Below, one piece after another: positions 54,055-64,000 of a stretch of 64,000 nt of DNA. Source of the stretch: Octopus vulgaris (Eukaryota); the NCBI GenBank assembly GCA_951406725.2, contig OX597821.1:40548001-40612000 (forward strand). Reading direction: 5' to 3'. Position 1 is the first letter of the stretch, and each line of letters opens with the position of its first letter. The notes under the pieces were generated by a model. It was given only the letters and a program-made list of their open reading frames with translations, had not been told where the DNA came from and did not search any database. Position numbers and translations under genes: made by a program.

Positions 54055-54561
54055 TGTATAAATGTATGTACAGATGTACATATATACACACACATATATA
54101 TGCACATACATATATATTTATATATGTGTATGCATGTTCATACTTATGTGTATGTATATACATGTATATATATATACATATACACATACATATATATATA
54201 TATATATATACATACATACATACACACACATGCACATATATATATATGATGTATATATTCTTACATTTATAATTTACATATGTGTGCCAGTGTGTGTATG
54301 TATTGATATATATGTTCATATCTGCATGCATAGAGATAAATATTTTTATGATAAAACTCACACATATATTCATAAGTATGTGTTTATGTACAAATATGCA
54401 TGTGTATGTTTTTGCTTATAGTCATATATCTATGCAGGTAGATGAATATATAGATATAATTGCTAAATAATATATATGTATATATATTCAATTTTTATAT
54501 AAAATATATTTGTACTTATATATTATAAATGTATATATATATATGTATGTGTGTGTGTATA

Positions 54562-54613
<52 letters not shown>

Positions 54614-54730
54614 TACACACACACATATACATACATATATATGTATGTGTACACACACACTTATATTGATATTGATATTTATATGAATATGAAAATAAGA
54701 ACAGGTGTGTATATATGTACATGTGTATAA
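53903..54730. repeat. Compound (GT)/(TA)/(CA) low-complexity tract
   Basis: Directly visible. Confidence 0.95.
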
Positions 54731-55999
54731 TTTTTATTCAGAGATCCACTATGTATCTACATCCAAGTTTTAGGATTACTTTTGATGGGTGAGTAAGCTT
54801 CTGAAGTGAGGTAAGTAGTTTCAAAAAGTAATTATGAAAAAAGAAAAAAAAAGTTTTACAAATATTAAATGTAGAATGAAATAAAAGAAATTTACTGTTC
54901 AAAGTAGAAAATAAATAAGTTTTGACTTACAATTATTTAATGTGCAAATTACAAAACAATATTAACAATCGTTAATGTAGAAATTTGTATAAGATTAAAA
55001 AAATGCTAATGCGATTGATCTATTTATTTTTCTCTTTAAGGATTGCATAATAAAACAGTTTTGAAAAGAAAGCAAAGAAGAAAAGTAGAAAATAATGGTT
55101 AAGATGGTAAGAATGCATTATTGAAGAACAGTTATCAAGACATTTCAGAAAGAAAGGTGTTATTTAATCGCATAAAACTTCTGTTTACACAAATGATGTT
55201 CTGGTTTACAATGATAACCAAGAAAATAGTGGTGGAACAAGAAAACGAGCATCAAAAAGATGGTTTGTATTTTCAGCCATTTTTCTTGCTTCTAAATTCC
55301 ATCCAGCCATAAACCATCTTCTTCAAATCCGCGAACTTGCTGCACAGGTTATCTTTCTAAATAGCACCAACGCAAAAGAGCCATGACCAAATGTTTCTCC
55401 AAGACAGCATCTCTCATCAAGTTTCATCAAAAACAAATTCAGTGTTCAGGGCTTTTTAGGTCTATGAACTTTTATTTTTCAGTATAATTCAGCTTTGATT
55501 CATAATGTGTATGACTGTTGCAATTGTTCTTTAGAGATGATCATATTGGTAGAGTATCAGTTCCAATCATGTCATCAGTTTTGCAATGTTAGCTTCCAAA
55601 CTCTCAGTAGTTCTGCCTACTTGTCTCTAAATAGGCACTACAAGAGATTGGTGATCATTGCAGTATGAAATTACATTAGTAAACAACTGACATATTACAA
55701 AGACACAAGACATTTAGAGAGAAGTGACGGTCAATTATATTGGCTCCAGTACATGACTGATATTTACTTCTTTGAACGTCAGAAGAATGAGGGGTGAAGT
55801 CGACCTAGGGAAGATCTGAACTCAGAATATAAAGTACCACAATTTGATATCATAACGTATTTTGTCTGATGCTCTGATGATTCTGCCAATCTACCAGATT
55901 GGTATAATTGATAGCTATTTGATCATTCAGTTATTCTGAGGTCAATTCCTGCAGTAAATATTTACAGTGGGACTGACAATATTGAGAAAGGTTGTGTGA

Positions 56000-56500
56000 C
56001 TACAGAAAAACTCCTGCCCAGGATTCTGGTCTGATGAAATATAGTTTTATGATCTTGGAACTTTATCAAAACAAGGCTGGTATGAGGGTTCATTTGGCCA
56101 ATAGGCATTTATGGTTGTGAATCATGGGCTCTGAATAAATTGGAAGAGAACACAATGCATCTGAAGTGTGAGAGCTTAGGAGAATGTTATGAGTCTCTTA
56201 CAAGGACCACACAGATAAATGAATGCGTTTTACAACAATAAACTCCTGGACATTGTGAAAAGACAAAAAGCTTTTCTACTAGGGCCACGTTAAAAAGAAT
56301 AGACGCCTGGAAAACATTATTGTGGGAGGAAGAGTAGATCAAGAGAGGCAGACAACGAACACAATGGATGGAAAATGTCACAAACTGGTTGGTGAAGAAT
56401 GGCAAGGCAGCTGGAGAACTTGTGCTTAATTGAGAAGACTTTTGTTGTGGTGTCATAAATGCACAGCAGGCATGATACATGATCAGGACAACGATGGTTT
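56000..56500 (+). mobile_element. Decayed RTE-clade LINE 3' region
   Basis: FIWPIGIYGCESWALNK, LRRML, GHVK, ENIIVGGRV and KRGRQRTQWMENV are RTE C-terminal motifs (YGCESW, GH, RGRPR.RW). Confidence 0.85.
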
Positions 56501-58261
56501 AGTTTATCATGTGGTAGCAATTTGTCATAACGGTGTCATTATGAAAAATCTATTAATTATGACTGCAAGAAGAGGCAAAAAGACAAAACAAGATTCTTCA
56601 ACTTATTCACTTAGCATCACCAATAGACATTGACATAGGAATTTCATATTTTTTGTGCTACTTATAAATGTCTGTAATTAAACAGGTTTTTGTTATTTTG
56701 TGCCAAAAATATTCAATTTTAACTTACTGCAATGTTTGGTTCACCCTGTGTTAGTAGCTGCATTATGCCACAGATTTATACAATTTTAAGTATGCAAGCA
56801 TAGTAGGAATTCTAATTTCCATTATTTCTTCTATTATGTGAAAATCCTCTACTTTGTCCCACTGGAATTGCGAATATCATTTACATAATGATAGAGAAGA
56901 GAAAGACATTTCTCCAATTACTAACAAGGAACTTTATGTGCCAGTTGCCAGTATATAAAGTCAAACATTGATGTTGCTCCATATAGACCTCATATTACAA
57001 TCAATCCCTAGAAGGGTTAATATCTTTTTGACCTGAGCTACAGGTCTGAAATGATGCCAGATGTTAAGCAAGCTTCTCTCCAAATTTGGATTCACTGACT
57101 CAATGATGAGAGGTTTCGTTCTATTGATGGAATTCATTAACGGGTAGTTTACATAAATGTTTAATTCATTAAATGTTAATCAACTGACTGCTATGAAAAG
57201 AGTGAATGGAATACTTAAAAAAAAAATATTTTCAGTCTTCATACTTTGGCTCTCTTTATTCATTTCCATGTCTTTCAAAGAGTCTTTTACTATGAAAGGC
57301 AAGATAATAGTTTCTTTTTCTTTCTATTTTTCTTTCTTTTTTCTTTCTTTTTTTTTGCACCTAAATGTAAATATGGCATTATCACATCCATAATCTCTGC
57401 GAAGAGTACACGTCTGACCAAAACTGTTCTTCATGGAGATCCTTGATTTACAGATGGCAAAACATTTCCAAAGAAATGGAACCAACAAATGGATATAGTA
57501 TGACTCAGAGAAAACCCATCAAATTATTGCAAATTTCTTATAATCATACAAATTTTGCTTTCAATTTCTTTGGTTTCTTTAGATGATAACATTTGAGATG
57601 AAATTATTGAAAGACGAATAAAACATGAGATCAGTAGATTATCCGATCATTTCAAACTCTTTACTGTTGTTGTTATTTAGCCATGGGCCACCCATGGTTT
57701 AACAGGCCTGTAAAAAAGGAGCAATAAGAAACTCCAGAGGGTTGCAACTCTGTTGCTGGGGAAATATTGGTTAAAATATATAGTTCAGGGTCTCTAGAGA
57801 AAGATACAGCAGGTAAGAGCTTTGGAAGAGAAAGGAGAATAACATTAGAGTCTGAAGATTTTGTGAAGAAAGAGTGAAAAGAAATATTTTGGGAGTTTTT
57901 TCTAATGAACTTCATGACCTTATTTTAGATGTAGTTTACGATGCTTGTATGTGTAGCAGTAGTGCCATCTTTGAGCAGTTCTAGAATGGAAGAATTACTT
58001 GAGTTTTGTCTTGGGTCAGCATCTGAATACAACTGAAGCATTTTCTGCCCTGAGTCATGATTTACCAACTTAAATAAGAAAAGGAAACATCTAATAATGT
58101 AAACCTACATATTCCAACAAAGACAGGATGGTTATTGATGGGTTGTCTTTGATCATAGGTCCATAGATCTACTTGATGATGTTTAACCTAGGGCCAGATG
58201 ACAACAGCAATATTCTGCATAATGTAAGAAATACAACATACAATAGATTGGTTCTTTGCAC

Positions 58262-58483
58262 CTGGCAGAAACGTTAGCATGCTGGGCGAAATGCTTAGCA
58301 GTATTTCGTCTGCCGCTACATTCAATTTCAAATTCCGCCGAGGTCGACTTTGCCTTTCATCCTTTCGGGGTCAATTAAATAAGTACTAGTTACGCACTGG
58401 GATCGATATAATCAACTTAATTCCTTTGTCTGTCCTTGTTTGTCCATTCTGTGCTTAGCCCCTTGTGGGTAGTAAAGAAATAA
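58262..58483 (+). mobile_element. SINE family B
   Basis: TSD GTTCTTTG[C/T]ACC at 58251-58262 / 58484-58495. Confidence 0.9.
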
Positions 58484-60418
58484 GTTCTTTGTACCCCAAC
58501 ACAATAAATCATTTATCTCTCCACACTTCCTACAATAAACTAGCGCATGTCAAACCAAGGGAGAAGCTCCCACATGGCTTACTCAGCATACTAGAAATAG
58601 AAACCAAGGATCAGACAATGTAGTCCTGTATTCCTGGAAAACAAACTTCAATTTGACAGTAACATCTTTTATATGATGATGTTGCCCAATGTACTGAGCT
58701 GTGCAAGAGGGCCTAAAGTTAAAAGAGCTATTCGATATTATACTATATATAATGTATGAGGACCCACGGCCAAGTGGTTAGCATGTTTGCGCTCACAATT
58801 GCAAAATCATGGTTTCAATTTCTGAGTTGGGTGGTGTGTTGTGTTCTTGAGCAAAACACTTCCTCTTGTTCTAGGATCACCTGTGCACCTGTTCAGGTAG
58901 TTTGATGGAGTGAGTAAGTTAATGCACAATGCAAACATTCGATCATTTTAAGCAATCATTTCTATAGGTAAAATCTGGGTGAAATCTCAGACTATGAAAG
59001 AGTACCATCAGCATAGGCATGCAAACAACACTGGTCTCAATATCTTCTGATTGGCTGGTTTCATGTCATATGACTATACTGAACCCCACCAAACCTCTGC
59101 TCTAATTACTATGACCAGGACTTCTTCCCCTTTTTAAGATACTTTTCCTTGCCTTTGATATTCTTATAGATGTCAACTTGTAACTATTCTAGAACATCAA
59201 CTGTATTGATCTCACTGATTTTTGATGGGCTGTGAAAACCATGATTACTATATGGCAAGGCCTTCACCCAGGTAGATGAATGGTATATTAAGAGCAACGC
59301 ATGAATGAACTTGACTCAGTTGTTCTGATGACTATTGAGAAACCTGCTAGATCAGTTTTGATAGGGTTACACAGCAGCAACAACAACAATAGCACCACCT
59401 ATTGGGCATGAGATTTAAAAGCTATCCGATTAATTTCTCTTCAACACACTGCATGAAAATTGTTCATGGGTAAAATCCAAATTAACATGAGAGCATGATC
59501 ATCAACTGAACTGTAACAATAACTTGTTGGACTCTCTCAGAATAATTTTGTCATACAGGATCTCTCATTGTTTCTCGCTCAGGCATAAAAATCCTATAAC
59601 AATACTCTTGTGTACGGAATATACTTTAACAAAATCCAACCAAGATAAATTACATCTAACAGCCCACAGAATTTGGCAATCTATTTTATTAATGGAAGCT
59701 TATTTAGTCTTGCTTCAAGACTGTTTTCAGTGAAAATCCAGGTAAATGAACCTAATATCATTTTAAAGAAAATCAAAAGCTCTTAAGTTCATGTAACTCT
59801 TGTTAATTTGAATTTTAAATCAAAACGATTCTCAGATGGTGAATAATTTTGTATACATATACAAAATGGTTTATGTCACCTGCAGAAGAATATTTTAATT
59901 AATCTCGGAAGAATAATAATGGCTAAATAAGTAACGAATTGTTTGATGCATAAAGTGTAGCTACAAAACCACTTCATAACCAGCATTCAGAATTTTATAT
60001 TAAGTAAAAGAGAAAATAATTGATCAAGTTCTTATACACTTGAGTAGCACAGGTAATATACCTCAGATGATCAGCTTGTTACAGAATACAACCTTCAGGT
60101 CACATAAATTTCCTCTGAAATTGTAAAACCACAAGAAATGTTGAAGCAAGTCAGCTGCATTAACACTTTGTTTTGTAACTTAATCGAGTCTCTCTGTGGA
60201 TAAAGTAATTAGTTTTCATACACATGGCTTCTTATATACCAACTAAAAACACGAATTTATTAGTTGTAAATTTAACAACCTCAATATGAATATCAAAAGT
60301 AATATAATACATTTTTCCTTCAAATACTTGTAATGATTTAAAATCTTACACGCACATAGGAAGATTCAAACAGATTCAAAAATAAATCTTTCTTTCAAGG
60401 TATGCACAATTTATTATG

Positions 60419-60462
<44 letters not shown>

Positions 60463-60467
60463 CATTA

Positions 60468-60517
<50 letters not shown>

Positions 60518-61003
60518 GTTATGCAGAGGTTATCTATGATATACAGATATACATATGTGATGAAGTTGGTAGTAGCTTTCAAAAGAAAGAAATTTCTTTT
60601 TTTTTTTTTTTTAACAGTTTCTGAAATTATCATTTATCATCAAAATATTATCTTCTATGTGATATAAAAATGATGCAGATATATATATATTTTTTTTTTT
60701 TGAAAAAAAAAAAAGTTTGAAATAAATCATTATGCTGAGTAATATCTCAGTAAATAAAAAGTTCAATTAAAATTTACATAAAGAGACAAAATCATAAGAA
60801 ATATATATATTTTTTTTTTTTGGTTTTCAGATATTCACATAGTTTGAAGCATTTGGTATAGTGTTTGGTCATGGAAAACTATTTGCTTAGATGGAAAAAG
60901 GGTGAAGGGTGGCGACAAGAAGGAGGGGGCATCAAGCTGTAGAACACTTGCCTCTATGAATTCCATCTGACCCATGCAAGAAAGGAAAAAAGGACATAAA
61001 CAA

Positions 61004-61054
61004 TGATGCCAACGATAATGGTTATGATGATGATGATGATGTTGATGATGATGT

Positions 61055-61085
<31 letters not shown>

Positions 61086-61138
61086 AACAATGATGATGAT
61101 GACAATATTAAGGAGAAGGATGAGGATGGTGGTGATAG

Positions 61139-61183
<45 letters not shown>
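61004..61183. repeat. (GAT)n tract extending a family C tail (60900-61003)
   Basis: Directly visible. Confidence 0.92.
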
Positions 61184-61184
<1 letters not shown>

Positions 61185-61272
61185 CAGTTCTCTAGAAATA
61201 AGTCATCAAGCAAGAAATTGAATCAATAAATTAATTCTAGCAATATTGTTTCTAAAGACAAATTCTAGTGTC

Positions 61273-61405
61273 TATTATTTACGTTATTTATATTTGATGG
61301 ATATTTGTCCTCATCTTGTTTGTTGTTAACATAAACAGGATGAGGACAAATAGCCATCAAATGTAAATAATGTACATAATTCCTCATCTCTTAAATATAG
61401 AACTG
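61273..61405 (+). mobile_element. 133-bp hairpin insertion of the HHR-element 3' tail with 13-bp TSD
   Basis: Arms 61274-61321 / 61333-61380; sequence matches 31838-31895; TSD AAATTCTAGTGTC at 61260-61272 / 61406-61418. Confidence 0.85.
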
Positions 61406-61809
61406 AAATTCTAGTGTCAACCAATTCATTTCGGAAACAGATCTTTACTTTAGTTCTTGGAGTCAGTAACTGGTTTTGACCTTTCTCTTGGAACCATGAT
61501 ATTTCCCAAAATAATGACCCTTAAAAAACACTACGAACATTTTAAATCTTATTTAACTCATGCCTAAAACTTCTAGATGTTATGGTTATTTGAAAGAGGC
61601 ATAAAGAAGTGCTTTTGACACACCGTTATGGCAGTGCCATGGGAAATCAACACAGACAATGCACATTACTTTAAGAAAATCAATGCACCTGTATATATAT
61701 AACTATTTTTATAACAACAACCAAAATAGACACAATTCACGATGGAGCTCCATATACTATACACTTTTGAAAATCTTATGTAAAACTGGTAATTCCTATA
61801 TTTTAAAAT

Positions 61810-62320
61810 TATCATCATCATCATCGTTTAACGCCTGTTTTCCATGTTAGCATGGGTTGGACGGTTCAACCGGGGTCTGGGAAGCCAGGAGGCTGCACCA
61901 GGCTCCAATCTGATCTGGTAGTTTTCTACAGCTGGATGCCCTTCCTAATGCCAACCACTCCATGAGTGTAGTGGGTGCTTTTTACGTGCCACCGGCACAG
62001 GGGCCAGAGGAATCTGGCAAAACAGCCACAATCAGTTGGTGCTTTTACGTGTCACCAATACGGATGCCAGTCAGGTGGCGCTGGCATCTGCCATGTTCGG
62101 ACGGTGCTTTTTACGTGTCACTGGCACGGGTATCTTAACTACAATTTCCATGTGATTTTTATTTTGATGTTGGTGTTGATGTACTTGACTCAACAGGTCT
62201 CCTCAAGAACAGTGGGTCACTCTATGGTCCAAGGTTAGCACAGTAGGCCGTCCTACGAGCCATGATCTCACTTCATTTGTCGGGTCTTCACAGTCACAGT
62301 ATATCTCAGAGGTATCACAA
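61810..62320 (-). mobile_element. Retroposon family C, three internal units
   Basis: As 11023. Confidence 0.85.
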
Positions 62321-63349
62321 CTACAAAATCATTAAAAATTTTAATTAATTTTTATATATTCTCAATGCATTTTCAGTTTCATTTCTTCTATTTCTCCACA
62401 CGTTTAATAAAAATAGATTTAAGTTAATAAAGTTTTTAAAATGTTTATCGTGTTACTTCATTTTATGTATCAATTCACTGCAACCAATTACAGACGTCTG
62501 TTGCAGTAAACCTGTTTTTAATTTTTAACATATTTTTACAAGTGAACCGTTATTATCATCAAAGTTTATCTGTCTTACCTAACTGGTTTCAGCTTTGACA
62601 AGAATGGAACTTTCTGAGCAAATTTGTGAGTTAAAAGTGTTGAACTTCATGACTACATGACTATGAAGTAAGACTTAGTTCTGCTGCTCTCAGGTTGTAC
62701 TCCTGGACAATATACACATAATTTTAGTCACTTTAAGATCTAACAATTATGGTTAGACTATGCTGTGTTGATGAAGTTTAATAAAACTGAAACATATCTG
62801 AAATTATCCCCATGCTGCTAAAAGTAAGGCACAGTACTTGTCACATATCATATTTGATTTTAATTAATTAGGATTTCTTTGATGACTATGTTGAGTATGT
62901 TACTGACCAGTGTTCAGTTTACATATAACCCTGCCTGCTTCAGTGTATATCACTGAACAAATTAGCTTCCACAGTAACTTTTGGGTTGAATGGTTGATGA
63001 TAGGAAAAGCACGCAGGTGTAACAAACAGTTGCATAATCCATCCCAACTTTTCTAGAAGAAGAAATGAATAATTAGACACTATCACATATTTGCTATAGG
63101 GACAAAAATAGAAATTGAATAACATGTCTATACAAAATATTGAAGAAATATCTGTATATGACTGTTGTTAAGAAGAAAAGGTATCCAGCTAAAGAATCCA
63201 AGCTAAAGATGCAAAATAAAGTCCCTCAACCCATCTAGATAAGTTGAACCCCTAGATACATGTGGATGCTGACAGTGACAGCCTGTCTAGCACATTCCAG
63301 TATGGGAAGTGAACATAAAATGATTATATTTGCAAGAAATGTTACTTGA

Positions 63350-63669
63350 TGTGTTTTAGGTGAGTTATTACACCAATAATGATAAATACACGTACGCCAG
63401 TTCAATATCACTTCTTTATGGTTAGTCAATTAGCTGCAGACTCAAGGCAAACCTCAAAGAGAGAGGACATATCATTGATGAGGATGCAAATAGCAATGAA
63501 ATAACTTTGACCAAACCAACAACTGATTGATTGTTTAACAAACACAGTAAACTAAGGATCAATTTGATAGATGGCTAGATATTTTACTGGGTGACTAAAA
63601 CTAAGGAAGTGATATTGAACCAGCACGTCTGTTTATTATTATTGAGTGTAATTACCCTCCGAAGACGCA
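63350..63669. repeat. Old inverted repeat, ~80-bp arms
   Basis: 63350-63428 versus 63592-63669 (GTTCAATATCACTTC / GAAGTGATATTGAAC core). Confidence 0.75.
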
Positions 63670-64000
63670 AAATTTGTTTCAACACACAAATTCACATCAA
63701 GAACCTTGCAAACCAAATAAGTAAACAGAGAGATTTTACCTGGTTCATTTATTATCAGGTAATGTGTTACAGAATTTTGGTCTAGTTTTGTAGTTCTTAG
63801 ATATATCATTTTAAGAAAAATAAATGAAAAAATAAACATCTCAAAACTTGAGATTTCTTGATAAATTTCATGAAGAATATATACAAAATACACATTTCAT
63901 ATTATTCTATCATAATGATGGTAGCTAGTCTTGGGAGAACGAATCAGTTTATTTCCTCTGTTTTTGCTATTTTTTAAATATGATATCTATATAAGATTAC

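Overview
AT-rich eukaryotic genomic DNA saturated with microsatellites and interspersed repeats. The recurring tRNA-derived SINE families and repeat landscape suggest an octopus (cephalopod) genome; this is an inference from memory of those families, not a search result. No intact protein-coding gene can be supported. Nearly all ORFs in the track are microsatellite or SINE artefacts. Recognisable coding remnants are all decayed transposons: CR1-like, RTE and R4/Dong-type LINEs, two Tc1/mariner transposases, and Penelope-like RT and GIY-YIG fragments. There are also a non-autonomous Helitron, two TTAA-flanked MITEs and a 23-bp minisatellite. The most interesting signal is a set of unrelated short non-coding elements carrying minimal type-I hammerhead-ribozyme (HHR) motifs, several arranged as long fold-back palindromes. 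One has an intact core fused behind a tRNA-like Pol III head, and others show U3-G8 or U3-A8 core variants. They look like a Penelope-mobilised ribozyme-retroposon system. A decayed ~3 kb coding-like block (21.3-24.4 kb) and a few possible + strand exons remain unexplained.
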